From positions 96,001 to 160,000 of the forward strand of contig CAWHBU010000005.1 in assembly GCA_963827685.1 (NCBI GenBank): a DNA stretch of 64,000 nucleotides. Reading direction: 5' to 3'. The DNA comes from an uncultured delta proteobacterium (lineage in GTDB: Bacteria; Desulfobacterota; BSN033; UBA1163). The notes under the pieces were generated by a model. It was not told where the DNA came from. It was given only the letters and a program-made list of their open reading frames with translations, and did no database searches. A program made the position numbers and the translations under genes. Within the stretch, counting starts at the first letter, position 1; the number at the start of each line of letters is the position of its first letter. Below, one piece after another: positions 49,425 to 59,504 of this stretch.

Positions 49425-50555
49425 TTATTTTAGTCTTTTCTGGAACCTCAGGGAACTCAAAAGGATCATGAGTGTGCCCAAGATGCCTAATGCCAGCATC
49501 TGGGGCCAGAGGATATCCAAGCCATTCGCCTTTAAAAAGACGCCTCGAATGATGACCAGAAAATAACGCAGCGGGTTAACATAGGTCAGGTATTGGATCC
49601 ATTCTGGCATATTCTCTATCGGAAAAGCAAAACCGGATAGAGTGAAAGCAGGCATGGCGAAAAAGAAGGTGGAAATCTGAGCTTGTTGTTGAGTGGAGCA
49701 GATCGTGGAAATAAAGAGTCCGATGGCCACTGAACTCATCAGAAAAAGCACCGCACCCAATAGAAGGACGAAGGGATTTCCCCGAAGAGGAACCTCAAAC
49801 CAAAAAACTCCGATCAGGGCGATCATCATGACATCAAGAAGACCGAACAGAGCAAAGGGAAGCGTCTTCCCTAACATTAATTCCCAGGAACGGATGGGCG
49901 TGACCATGATCTGTTCAAGGGTCCCGATCTCCCTCTCCCTGACAATAGCCTGGGCGGTCAAAATGATCGGGATGAGAAAGGCAATGGAGGCAATGACCCC
50001 CGGGATATAAAAGACCCTGCTTTCGAAATTCGGGTTGAACCAGATTCGTTGCTGCAGATCTACACCTGCTTCCTCAAAGCCGGTCATGCCGGCTCGATTC
50101 AGCCTTTTTACGAGAAGTTGCGACGAGAATTCAGAAAGGATTTGGTTCGCATAGCCCAGGGCGACCAACGCCGTATTGGAATCGGTTCCATCCAGAACAA
50201 TCTGGACCGTGGCGGTGTCCCCCTTTTTCAGCTTTCTTGAAAAATCGGTTGGGATCTCGATGCTGACCGTCACATTCCCTTGATTAATAAGGTCTTTGAC
50301 TTCTTTCGGGGTATTGGGGAAAGAGACGATATCAAAATATTTTGAACTTCCAAATCTTCCGATAAGGTCCCTCGACTCAACACTCTGGTCCAGATCCCGG
50401 ATGGCTGTGCGGATATGTTTTACATCCAGATTGGCGGCATATCCAAAAATGATCAGTTGAAGAATGGGAGGAACAATCAGGGTAACCCGCATCCGTTTGT
50501 CTCTTAAGGTCTGGATTAATTCCTTGACGAAGAGATATCGGATTTTTTGGAACAT
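49425..50555 (-). CDS. ABC-2 type permease (YbhR-like)
   Basis: IVREREIGTLEQ, LSGFAFPIENMP. Confidence 0.9.
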   Translation of the reverse strand: MFQKIRYLFVKELIQTLRDKRMRVTLIVPPILQLIIFGYAANLDVKHIRTAIRDLDQSVESRDLIGRFGSSKYFDIVSFPNTPKEVKDLINQGNVTVSIEIPTDFSRKLKKGDTATVQIVLDGTDSNTALVALGYANQILSEFSSQLLVKRLNRAGMTGFEEAGVDLQQRIWFNPNFESRVFYIPGVIASIAFLIPIILTAQAIVREREIGTLEQIMVTPIRSWELMLGKTLPFALFGLLDVMMIALIGVFWFEVPLRGNPFVLLLGAVLFLMSSVAIGLFISTICSTQQQAQISTFFFAMPAFTLSGFAFPIENMPEWIQYLTYVNPLRYFLVIIRGVFLKANGLDILWPQMLALGILGTLMILLSSLRFQKRLK

Positions 50556-51689
50556 TTACCTCAACTCCTTCTTAAAACTCCTGGTGGCCACCCAGAGTCC
50601 CGCCATCGCCATCACCATCAATACCAGGGTTTCACGCCAGAGAAAGGAGAAGCCCACCCCTTTCAAGAAGATCTCCTTTAGAATCGTCACATAATACCGA
50701 GGCGCAATCCCATAAGTAATGATCTGGAGCCAGGTGGGCATGTTGGCGATCGCGAAGGTGAACCCGGAGAGGAGAAACGTGGGCAGAAATCCGATGACCA
50801 TCGCCATCTGATTGGCCAGAATCTGCGTCCTGGCAAAGGTGGAGATGGTCAGGCCGAGGCCCAGAGCCACGAAAATGTAGATGCACGAGAGAGCAAAAAG
50901 CAAAGCAACACTTCCTCTCAAGGGCACCTGAAAGACCCATTTGCCCATCAGAACGGCCAATGACAAGTCTAAGAGTCCTAAGAAAAAATAGGGAAATAAC
51001 TTTCCCATCATCAGCTCTCCTTTTCGAACAGGAGTTGAGATGAGGAGTTCCATCGTCCCCTTCTCCCATTCCCGAACAATCACCTGTCCAGTAAGGAGTA
51101 CTCCGATGATCGACATGATCACCGCCACCAGCCCTGGTACGAAATAATTCTTCGACTCCAGATCTTCATTGAACCAGACCCTTGGCCGTGCTTCGATGGG
51201 GAAGTTCACACTCTGTGCTCCCATCCGCGTGACCTTCAGAATGGTCTTCTCCTGAGTGTATTGCCGGGCAATGGCCTGGGCATAACTGAGAATAATGTTG
51301 GCGGTGTTGGCATCGGCCCCGTCGATCAACACCTGAATCGGAACCACCTTCTCTGCCTTAATCGTTTTCGAAAAATCCCAGGGAAGCATCAACCCCATCT
51401 TCACCTCACCCTGGTCGATGAGCTGCTTCATCTCCCTTTCATCTCGAGCCCAAAAGCGAAGATGGAAATAGGGAGAGGCGCTGAATCGTTGGATGAAATC
51501 TAAGCTCTCCTGGGTCCGGTCTCGATCTAAGACAGCCATCGAGACCTTCTTCACATCGAGGGTAACAGCGTATCCGAAGAGGAGCATCAAGAGAGCAGGC
51601 ATAAGGATCACCAGTGCCAAGCTCCTTGGATCCCGGTAGATATGGAAAAACTCTTTTTTCGCAATGGCCCAAGTACGGGAGGAATTCAC
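50556..51689 (-). CDS. ABC-2 type permease (YbhS-like)
   Basis: VREWEKGTMELLISTP, LFGYAVTLD. Confidence 0.9.
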   Translation of the reverse strand: MNSSRTWAIAKKEFFHIYRDPRSLALVILMPALLMLLFGYAVTLDVKKVSMAVLDRDRTQESLDFIQRFSASPYFHLRFWARDEREMKQLIDQGEVKMGLMLPWDFSKTIKAEKVVPIQVLIDGADANTANIILSYAQAIARQYTQEKTILKVTRMGAQSVNFPIEARPRVWFNEDLESKNYFVPGLVAVIMSIIGVLLTGQVIVREWEKGTMELLISTPVRKGELMMGKLFPYFFLGLLDLSLAVLMGKWVFQVPLRGSVALLFALSCIYIFVALGLGLTISTFARTQILANQMAMVIGFLPTFLLSGFTFAIANMPTWLQIITYGIAPRYYVTILKEIFLKGVGFSFLWRETLVLMVMAMAGLWVATRSFKKELR

Positions 51690-52621
51690 TGTTTCTCCTC
51701 TCTTTCGATCAATGAAACAAAAACATCTTCCAAGGAAGGTCTGATTCTTCCCATCCTTTTAAGAAGGATCCCATACTTCTGGAAGAGAGCGCTAATTTCT
51801 CGCTCCACCTCTACGCCTTCCTTACCGATCACATGGAGGCCGTCTCCGAATACGGCTGATTCCGCGGCCCAGGGCTCTTTCTTCAGGAGATCCAGGGCCG
51901 TAACGAGAGGATCGCATTCCACTTCGAATATTCCCTGTGAGAGAGCCCTCACTTTTAATTCGGAAGGAGTCCCCATGGCGGTGATCCTCCCCTGATAGAT
52001 CAGGGCCAGCCGGCCGCAATACTCCGCTTCATCCATGTAGTGGGTGGTCACAAAGGTGGTCACCCCTTTCTCTCCCATCTGCTGGATGAGACTCCAGAAA
52101 TTTCTTCGAGAGATCGGATCGACCCCTGAAGTAGGTTCATCCAAGAATAGGATGGTAGGCTCGTGGAGAATGGCGCACCCTAATGCGAGACGCTGTTTCG
52201 ACCCGACAGCGAGTGTTCGGGTGATTCGATCTCGGGAATCTTGAAGGTCAATCATCTCTAAGACCTCATTTTCTCTCCTTTTCTGCAATGAACCGGAGAG
52301 GCCGTAAATTCCTCCAAAAAAATGGAGATTTTCGACAACGGTTAAGTCATCGTAAAGTGAAAATTTTTGGGACATATACCCAATGGCCCGTTTGATCTTC
52401 TCCGGCTCCTTCATGATATCGAATCCAGCAACCTTCCCCTTCCCAGAAGTAGGCAGTAAGAGTCCGCAGAGCATTCGGATGGTCGTGGACTTGCCGGCAC
52501 CATTTGGACCCAGAAATCCGAAGATTTCTCCCTTCTCCACCTGAAAACGGATATGGTCTACTGCGATAAAGCTATCAAATCTTTTTACTAAGTCTTCTAC
52601 TTCGACAACAAAAGTTGGCAT
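51686..52621 (-). CDS. ABC ATP-binding protein (YbhF C-half-like)
   Basis: GPNGAGKST, DEPTSGVDP, TTHYMDEAE. Confidence 0.9.
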   Translation of the reverse strand: MPTFVVEVEDLVKRFDSFIAVDHIRFQVEKGEIFGFLGPNGAGKSTTIRMLCGLLLPTSGKGKVAGFDIMKEPEKIKRAIGYMSQKFSLYDDLTVVENLHFFGGIYGLSGSLQKRRENEVLEMIDLQDSRDRITRTLAVGSKQRLALGCAILHEPTILFLDEPTSGVDPISRRNFWSLIQQMGEKGVTTFVTTHYMDEAEYCGRLALIYQGRITAMGTPSELKVRALSQGIFEVECDPLVTALDLLKKEPWAAESAVFGDGLHVIGKEGVEVEREISALFQKYGILLKRMGRIRPSLEDVFVSLIEREEKQ

Positions 52622-52624
52622 AGT

Positions 52625-52714
52625 GCTGAGTTATGAGTTTAGAGTTTAGAGTTAAGAGTTTAGAGTTATAAATTAATCCATAATCCTCAATTCACAATTC
52701 TCAATTCATAACTC
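52625..52714. repeat. GAGTTTA-type heptamer inverted array
   Basis: gagttatgagtttagagtttagagttaagagtttagagtt ... caattctcaattcataactc. Confidence 0.75.
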
Positions 52715-53644
52715 TTAATTATTTCTCTTCCTTCCTTGGACAATGGAGACGAAGGCGTCCTCAAGTGAGGGTCGGACCACCAGCAGATCAAGAATTTTCA
52801 TTCCTTGTTCTTTTAGAATATCCCGAATCACTTTTTCGCCCTCCTGGGGATCATCCACGAGAATGTGGATCTTATCCCCGGATAAGACCAGGCTTCGAAT
52901 CAACTTGATGTCTTCAAGCAACTTCATCCCTTTCTGGCGGTTCTCCACCCGCAGTTCCAGGATCGTCCCCCCGATTCGGGCCTTCACAGCAGAAGGAGTA
53001 TCAGCAATGAGCAGGTCTCCCTGATAGATCAGACCAACACGGCTGCAGCGCTCGGCTTCATCCAGATAAGAAGTTGAGAAAAGGATGGTCACCCCCTCTT
53101 TCAACAGATCGTAGAGGATGATCCAGAAATCTCTCCGAGAAAGGGGATCAACCCCTGTGGTCGGTTCATCGAGAAAGAGGATTTGAGGCGTATGGATCAA
53201 AGCACAGATTAGACCCAGCTTCTGTTTCATGCCGCCGGAGAGGTCCTGAGCCTTTCTCTTCCCGAAGGGTTCAAGATTGGCAAATCGGAGGAGCCTTTCT
53301 ATCCGTTCCTTTCTCTTCTGCTTCGGAACTTGATAGAGATCTCCGTAGAAATGGATGTTTTCAAGAACGGTAAGATCCCCGTAGAGTCCAAACCGCTGGG
53401 GAAGATAACCGACCTTTTCTCTTAGAGCCTCTGCCTCTCTGAGGATATCATGCCCTGCCACCTTTGCCTCCCCTCCGTCAGGGGGAAGGATCCCGCACAG
53501 CATCCGGATAGTAGTCGTTTTCCCAGACGCATCCGGCCCCACCAGACCAAAGATCTCCCCTGTTTTCACTTCCAGGTTCAGGTCTTTGACAGCAGTCAAT
53601 GATTCAAAGGATTTGGACAGATGGGTGGTTTGAATGGAGAACAT
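52715..53644 (-). CDS. ABC ATP-binding protein (YbhF N-half-like)
   Basis: GPDASGKTT, LSGGMKQKL, DEPTTGVDP. Confidence 0.9.
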   Translation of the reverse strand: MFSIQTTHLSKSFESLTAVKDLNLEVKTGEIFGLVGPDASGKTTTIRMLCGILPPDGGEAKVAGHDILREAEALREKVGYLPQRFGLYGDLTVLENIHFYGDLYQVPKQKRKERIERLLRFANLEPFGKRKAQDLSGGMKQKLGLICALIHTPQILFLDEPTTGVDPLSRRDFWIILYDLLKEGVTILFSTSYLDEAERCSRVGLIYQGDLLIADTPSAVKARIGGTILELRVENRQKGMKLLEDIKLIRSLVLSGDKIHILVDDPQEGEKVIRDILKEQGMKILDLLVVRPSLEDAFVSIVQGRKRNN

Positions 53645-53650
53645 AGGGGT

Positions 53651-53850
53651 AAGCTCCAAGGCTCAAGCACCTGCCTTCGCCGAAGCGCCTGCCCTCCGCA
53701 AGGCTTCTGGAGGCGGGGCTTCGCGCAGGCAGGCCAAATCACAAATAAATTCCAATATCCAAAATTCAAAATTTCAAACAAAATCGTTTTGGTATTTCGA
53801 AATTGTAATTTGGAACTTGTTTGGCATTTGGAATTTGTAATTTGGAATTT
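53651..53850. repeat. TTGGAAT-type heptamer inverted array interrupted by a nested CCTGC..GCAGG element (53670-53733)
   Basis: Removing the insert restores aagcaccaaatcacaaataaattccaa. Confidence 0.75.
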
Positions 53851-53889
53851 AAGGATACAAGAACTGATTTCATGCAAGAGTTGGCATTA

Positions 53890-54891
53890 TCAATTTTTTG
53901 ATGGTAACGGTGCCAGATGGATCCGTCCGTCGGCTGGCATCCCGGGCTTGAGTTCATGATCCTTATTGGAAATATCCACCTTAATCCGGTAGACCAGGGT
54001 CACCCTCTCCTTTTCCGTCTGAATCTGTTTAGGTGTGAATTCGGCCTGGGAGGAGATGAAAGAAATTTTCCCTTTGTATTCCTTTTTCGGCCGAAGGTCA
54101 GTGGTCACAATCACCTCCTGGCCCCATTTCACCTGACTGAGGTCCGTCTCCGGGATATATGCCTTCAACCAAACATTTTCGATATCGGCCATGGTGAGAA
54201 TGGATGTCCCTGGATTGACGACCTCACCGATTTCTCCAGATTTCACCAGGACGACTCCGGATATGGGAGAATAGAGAGTGGTGTAGCTGAGCTGTGTCTC
54301 ATTCAGTTTCACAGAGGCCCGGCCTTGATCCACTTGAGCTCTCGCATCTTCAATATCCTCTTTCCTCGGCCCCTCCTTCACCAGAAGGTAGTTCTCCGTA
54401 GCCTTTTGAAAAGTGGCCTTGGCGATCTTAAATGCAGCCTCGGCATTGTCCGACGTCTCTTTAGGAACAACCCGCTTCTCGAAGAGGGACTTCATCCTTT
54501 CGTATTGGGTCTCCTTGTTCTCTAGATCGAACTTAGCCTGGTTGAGTTCGGCCTCCGCCTGTCTTATTTCTTCCGGTCTTGACCCCGCAAGCAGTTTGCT
54601 CAATCGAGCTTGCGCCGACATCAACGCGGCCCGTGCCACGTCAAGACGGTTGCGGAGATCTTCATCATCCAATTTGGCCAGAACTTTTCCTTGATCTGCC
54701 CAATCTCCCTCCTCAAAAGAACGACTGACAATCCTTCCAGAGACTTTAAACCCCACATCTACTTCTGTAGCCTCTATGTTTCCAGAAACCTTGATGAAAG
54801 TCCCCTCCGCCTCTTTTTCTCTTGTGAAGAAATAATAGAGAAGACCTCCTATAGCAACAGCCATGATAACAATCAGCAAGATCCGTTTCAT
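53890..54891 (-). CDS. HlyD-family membrane fusion protein (YbhG-like)
   Basis: N-terminal TM, VSGNIEA, coiled coil, AEFTPKQIQT, LKPGMPAD. Confidence 0.9.
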   Translation of the reverse strand: MKRILLIVIMAVAIGGLLYYFFTREKEAEGTFIKVSGNIEATEVDVGFKVSGRIVSRSFEEGDWADQGKVLAKLDDEDLRNRLDVARAALMSAQARLSKLLAGSRPEEIRQAEAELNQAKFDLENKETQYERMKSLFEKRVVPKETSDNAEAAFKIAKATFQKATENYLLVKEGPRKEDIEDARAQVDQGRASVKLNETQLSYTTLYSPISGVVLVKSGEIGEVVNPGTSILTMADIENVWLKAYIPETDLSQVKWGQEVIVTTDLRPKKEYKGKISFISSQAEFTPKQIQTEKERVTLVYRIKVDISNKDHELKPGMPADGRIHLAPLPSKN

Positions 54892-54967
54892 CTTCCAACC
54901 TATCCTAAGTCTTAAGGCACATCATTATAAATTCTATTATGATCACTGTCAAAACTTTTCCCCTCTT

Positions 54968-55170
54968 CCCTTCTCCCCCTGGGGGAGAGGGGAAGTCGCC
55001 GACGCGCCATAGCCTGCCTTTGCCAAAACGCTCTCGCCTGCCGGAGAAATTGCCTGCCTGCGCGAAGCCCCGCCTGCCAAAGCCTTGTGCGGCGGGCAGG
55101 CGCTTCGGCGAAGGCAGGTTCGGCGAGCAGGTCGTGCAGGCATGCTGCTCTGGCAACGGCGCGGGTGAGG
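54968..55170. repeat. Multi-level nested palindromic mini-elements inside a hairpin repeat
   Basis: Four nested CCTG/CCCG...CAGG units at 55013-55144, 55037-55131, 55053-55118 and 55069-55100. Confidence 0.7.
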
Positions 55171-55185
55171 CGTAAGAGAACCCTC

Positions 55186-56615
55186 TGTAATCCCAAAATG
55201 ATAATGTCCTAATTGACCAATTTAGAAATGTCCTCTTTTCGACATGCTAAGATGCCCTTTTTCAGAGGAGGGCATGATGGCAGGAGAGGACATGATCATG
55301 GTACGTCAGGGAGAGTTAAAGCGGTTACATGTCATCCAGAAGGTCCTGGAGAGGGTCATCAAGCGGGTAGAGGCAGCAGAGATTCTTTCCTTGAGTGGTA
55401 GGCAAATTCGGAGGATCGTGAAGCGGATCAGGAATGAAGGGAACAGGGGAGTCATACACAAATCGAGAGGGAGGCCATCAAACCGGAGGATACCCTATAA
55501 GATTAAGGACAGGGTGATCCGACTTTACCGGGCACAGTACAAGGGTTTTGGGCCGACCCTGGCCTCGGAGAAGCTTCTGGAAAGGGGTAGGATAGAGATC
55601 AGTGATGAGACCTTACGGAGGTGGCTCATCGAGGCGGGGGATTGGAAGAAGAGCCGCAAGAGAGGGAGGCATCGTCAGTGGAGGGAGCGGAAGCATCATT
55701 ACGGCGAGATGGTACAGATGGACGGGTCCCATCACGCTTGGTTTGAGGACAGAGGTGGCCCCTGTGTTCTGATGAGCTATATTGACGATGCTACCGGGGA
55801 AGCCTTTGGGAGGTTCTATGAGTATGAGGGGACGATCCCGGCGATGGATAGCTTCAAGCGTTATATCAAGAAAAACGGTTTACCGATGAAGGTGTATTTG
55901 GATAAGCATTCGACCTATAAGTCGACGGCCAAGCCAACGATCGAGGACGAGTTAAATGACGTGGGGCCGTTAAGTGAGTTTGAGAGGGCCTTAAAAGAGT
56001 TGGGGGTAGAGGTCAGTCATGCCCATTCGCCGCAGGCCAAGGGGCGGATTGAACGACTCTTTCGGACCCTTCAGGACAGGCTGGTCAAGGAGATGCGTTT
56101 AAGAGGGATCAGGACGATTGAGGAAGGCAATCAGTTCTTAGAGGAATATCTTCCTCTCTATAACAAGAGGTTCTCTGTTTGGCCCCAGGAGAAAGACGAT
56201 TTCCACAGGCCCTTACCTAAGGGGGTGGATCTGGATGCGATCTTATGCATTAAGACAGAGCGAGCACTGAGAAATGACTTTACGGTGGCTCATAACAGGA
56301 AGCTCTATCAGGTTGAGGATACGATCAAGGCCTCCAAGGTGATGGTTCAGGATCGAATCGACGGATCAATGGTCATGACCCATAAAGGTCGAGCTTTGAG
56401 ATTTAAAGAGATCACTGAGAGACCACTAAGAGAGAAGAAACAGCCGGCTATTGTGAGAAGGAGGAAGACTTACATTCCTCCGGCTGATCATCCTTGGAGG
56501 AAGTTCAAGATTAGGAAACATCCCTATAACAGAGAAAAACTCTTAGAATCTCAAATCTGAAGAATAGGACATTTCTATTTTGGTAAGAAGAGGACATTTC
56601 TATTTTGGCTTGACA
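55186..56615 (+). mobile_element. IS1202-family (ISNCY-type) insertion sequence, 1430 bp, with a 17-bp target duplication
   Basis: TGT...ACA ends, repeated AATGTCCT/AGGACATT subterminal motifs, DR GGCGTAAGAGAACCCTC at 55169-55185 and 56616-56632. Confidence 0.9.
55274..56560 (+). CDS. ISNCY/IS1202-family DDE transposase
   Basis: GEMVQMDGS.H.W, IDDAT, YLDKHS, SPQAKGRIERLF.TLQDRL, C-terminal DHPWR. Confidence 0.92.
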   Translation: MMAGEDMIMVRQGELKRLHVIQKVLERVIKRVEAAEILSLSGRQIRRIVKRIRNEGNRGVIHKSRGRPSNRRIPYKIKDRVIRLYRAQYKGFGPTLASEKLLERGRIEISDETLRRWLIEAGDWKKSRKRGRHRQWRERKHHYGEMVQMDGSHHAWFEDRGGPCVLMSYIDDATGEAFGRFYEYEGTIPAMDSFKRYIKKNGLPMKVYLDKHSTYKSTAKPTIEDELNDVGPLSEFERALKELGVEVSHAHSPQAKGRIERLFRTLQDRLVKEMRLRGIRTIEEGNQFLEEYLPLYNKRFSVWPQEKDDFHRPLPKGVDLDAILCIKTERALRNDFTVAHNRKLYQVEDTIKASKVMVQDRIDGSMVMTHKGRALRFKEITERPLREKKQPAIVRRRKTYIPPADHPWRKFKIRKHPYNREKLLESQI

Positions 56616-56632
56616 GGCGTAAGAGAACCCTC

Positions 56633-56661
56633 TTGAATTTTCTTATAGTTACGAGTAAGAT
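56633..56661 (+). promoter_or_regulatory. sigma70-type promoter of rel
   Basis: TTGAAT, 17-nt spacer, TAAGAT. Confidence 0.55.
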
Positions 56662-56667
56662 GGGTTT

Positions 56668-56777
56668 GTGAAGCCCTCCGGCCAGAGGCCGGGGCTTCCC
56701 GGGAAAGGAATACTGTTTTGATTGTGCCCCTTGACCCCAACCTAGAAGGCGGGGCTTGCGGGGCACTTGCCGGCCAA
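56668..56777. repeat. GC-rich structured element between the rel promoter and its start codon
   Basis: GAAGCCC.CCGGCC-AGA-GGCCGG-GGCTTC hairpin plus a GTGCCCC...GGGGCAC stem. Confidence 0.55.
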
Positions 56778-58949
56778 ATGTTAAGATTCAATGACATCCT
56801 TGAAAGACTAACCTCCTATCATCCCAATGCGGATATAGAACTCCTAAAGAAAGCCTATGTTTTCTCTGCCAAAGTTCATTTAGGGCAGGTCCGCCTCTCC
56901 GGAGAACCCTACCTGAATCATCCCTTGGAAGTCGCTGGAATCTTGACTCAACTGAAACTCGACGTCGCGAGCGTGGCAACCGGCCTGCTTCACGATACGG
57001 TGGAGGATACCCTAACCACCCCCAAGGAAATCCAGGAAAATTTCGGGGAAGAAATCGCTCAGTTGGTAGACGGCCTGACCAAGATCAGCCTGATCTCTCT
57101 ACGATCCTCTGAAGAACACCAGGCAGAAAATTTCCGCAAGATGATACTGGCAATGGTGAAGGACATTCGGGTCATCCTGATTAAACTGGCTGACCGCCTC
57201 CATAACATGCGAACTCTTAAATATCAATCTCCTGAAAAACAGGCGGAGATCGCTCAAGAAACCCTTGACATCTATGCTCCTCTGGCCGATCGTCTTGGAA
57301 TAGACTGGATCAAATCGGAGTTGGAAGATCTGGCTTTCCAATACCTCCATCCTGAAATCTACGACGAGATTCGACGCAAGATCGCGAAAAAGGAAAAGGA
57401 GAGAACCCGTTACATCGAAGAGGTGAAGCGTACCTTAATGAAGAAACTCTATGAAAACCATACCCAGGGCGAGGTGACCGGCCGATTAAAACAGATTTAC
57501 AGTATCTACTTGAAAATGAAAGAACAGAACATCGATTTTGATCAGGTCTATGACATTACCGCTTTCCGGGTCATCGTCAATTCCATTAAGGAATGCTATG
57601 ACGTGCTGGGTATCATCCACTCCATCTGGAAGCCCATTCCCGGGAAATTCAAGGATTACATCGGCCTTCCCAAAGAGAATATGTACCAATCCCTTCATAC
57701 CACCGTGATCGGACCCTATGGGGAGCGGATCGAAATCCAGATTCGAACACATGAAATGCATAAGATTGCCGAGGAAGGCATTGCCGCCCATTGGAAATAC
57801 AAAGGGGGAAAAGTGGTTGAAGAGGCGGAGGACAAACGTTTCACCTGGCTGAGACAGCTCTTAGAGTGGCAGCGAGATCTAAAGGATAATCGAGAATTCA
57901 TTGAAAGTGTCAAGGTGGATCTCTTCCCGAATGAAGTCTACATCTTCACCCCAAAAGGCGAGGTCAAACAGTTCCCCATTGGTTCAACCCCTATCGATTT
58001 TGCTTACAGCATCCACTCCGACATCGGGAATCATTGCGTGGGGGCGAAGGTGAACAGTAAGATCGTCCCTCTGAGATATGAACTGCGAAGCGGGGATACC
58101 ATCGAAATCCTCACCTCCCCCAATCAGAAACCGAGCAAGGATTGGCTTAAATTGGTCAAGACCTCACGGGCCAAAGCAAAAATTCGCCAATGGTTTACAG
58201 CAGAAGAGAGGGAAAAATCGATCACCCTTGGAAAAGAAATCCTGGAGAAAGAACTTCAAAAATATGACCTCCAGCAGGCCAAACTGATTAAATCAGGCGA
58301 TTTGGCCAAGGCAGCCAATGAATTCAGTTACCAGGGAGTCGAGGACCTCATCGCGGCAGTAGGTTACGGGAAGGTCACCGCCAATCAGATCATTGGGAAG
58401 ATCCTTCCCCAGGAAAAATTTGAACAACAGAAAGAAGAACTGCAAGAGGGACGCCTCAAGCACCTCCTCCAAAAAATCACTCGCGGACCCAAGGATGCCC
58501 TCCTGATCAAGGGGATTGATAATGTGATGGTGCGCTATGCCAGGTGTTGCAATCCCGTCCCCGGAGATAAAGTGGTGGGATTCATCACTCGAGGCAGAGG
58601 AGTAACCATCCATACTGCAGATTGCCAGAATGCGATGGATGACGATCCTCATCGCAAGGTCGAGGTGGAATGGGATTCAACGAAGGAATACAGTTATCCC
58701 GTACGAATCCGAATCCATTCTGAGGATAAAAAAGGACTGCTGGGTGAGATCAGCAACTCCATATCCTCCAACGGAGCCAACATCAAGAATGCCAGAGTGG
58801 ATACAACAGAGGATAAAAAAGCCGTCAGCAATTTCGAGGTGGAGATACGAGATTTAAACCACCTCAACAAGGTGATCAGAGCGCTCGGGAAGATTAAGGG
58901 GGTCCATCAGGTAGAAAGAATGAGGGTGGAGGCACCGGCCGAATCCTGA
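56778..58949 (+). CDS. rel: Bifunctional (p)ppGpp synthetase/hydrolase (RelA/SpoT homolog)
   Basis: Intact HD motif LLHDTVED, KLADRLHNMRTL, YQSLHT, EIQIRT, TGS and ACT domains. Confidence 0.95.
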   Translation: MLRFNDILERLTSYHPNADIELLKKAYVFSAKVHLGQVRLSGEPYLNHPLEVAGILTQLKLDVASVATGLLHDTVEDTLTTPKEIQENFGEEIAQLVDGLTKISLISLRSSEEHQAENFRKMILAMVKDIRVILIKLADRLHNMRTLKYQSPEKQAEIAQETLDIYAPLADRLGIDWIKSELEDLAFQYLHPEIYDEIRRKIAKKEKERTRYIEEVKRTLMKKLYENHTQGEVTGRLKQIYSIYLKMKEQNIDFDQVYDITAFRVIVNSIKECYDVLGIIHSIWKPIPGKFKDYIGLPKENMYQSLHTTVIGPYGERIEIQIRTHEMHKIAEEGIAAHWKYKGGKVVEEAEDKRFTWLRQLLEWQRDLKDNREFIESVKVDLFPNEVYIFTPKGEVKQFPIGSTPIDFAYSIHSDIGNHCVGAKVNSKIVPLRYELRSGDTIEILTSPNQKPSKDWLKLVKTSRAKAKIRQWFTAEEREKSITLGKEILEKELQKYDLQQAKLIKSGDLAKAANEFSYQGVEDLIAAVGYGKVTANQIIGKILPQEKFEQQKEELQEGRLKHLLQKITRGPKDALLIKGIDNVMVRYARCCNPVPGDKVVGFITRGRGVTIHTADCQNAMDDDPHRKVEVEWDSTKEYSYPVRIRIHSEDKKGLLGEISNSISSNGANIKNARVDTTEDKKAVSNFEVEIRDLNHLNKVIRALGKIKGVHQVERMRVEAPAES

Positions 58950-58960
58950 CGGATTGCATG

Positions 58961-59020
58961 ACGCATAGCGCAAAGGGCAGAGCGCGAGAAGTCTTAACAC
59001 AATGCTCTCTGCTCTATGCT
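58961..59020. repeat. GCGCATA-type heptamer inverted array between convergent rel and rpmB
   Basis: gcatagcgcaaagggcagagcg ... tgctctctgctctatgc. Confidence 0.65.
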
Positions 59021-59027
59021 AATGAAA

Positions 59028-59219
59028 CTATGCGGCTTTGGTAATCAATCCTGAGCGAAGGCATCGGGAACAGACCTTCATATGCACGGTTCTTCCCTCT
59101 TTCAGGGTCTTTACCTTGTGAAGGTTGGGGTGCCAAACTTTTCGGGTCTTGTTATTGGCATGGCTCACATTATGTCCAAAGACAGGCCCTTTCCCACAGA
59201 TGTCGCAGACTTTTGCCAT
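59028..59219 (-). CDS. rpmB: 50S ribosomal protein L28 (Zn-binding C+ type)
   Basis: [27 protein letters not shown]...VCSRCLRSG. Confidence 0.97.
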   Translation of the reverse strand: MAKVCDICGKGPVFGHNVSHANNKTRKVWHPNLHKVKTLKEGRTVHMKVCSRCLRSGLITKAA

Positions 59220-59504
59220 GATTACACCTCAAGATTAATTTAATACAAAATAACATCATCTACAAGAATTTTCAAGCCAAATATTCTCTAAGAAGTTTCT
59301 GGTGTTGATGCCGAGGGGGAAAAAATGGGGGTATAGGGAGGGAGATGCAGTTAAGGAGTTACAATCGAATGCAGGAAGGTTGGCGGGCCAGTGAAGGAGT
59401 GGTAAGTTGAATCCTCTATGGGCTCAGTTGCCACATGCCTGCCGTGGGCAGGAAGGTATAAAGAGTGTGCGGAGAAAGTACTGATTCTTTGGGCAACATG
59501 CTGG

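Noticed and set aside
59306-59321. CCCCCTCGGCATCA on the minus strand resembling a tRNA-Leu 3' end (att remnant)
   Set aside because: Only about 14 nt with a mismatch, no cloverleaf and no integrase nearby.
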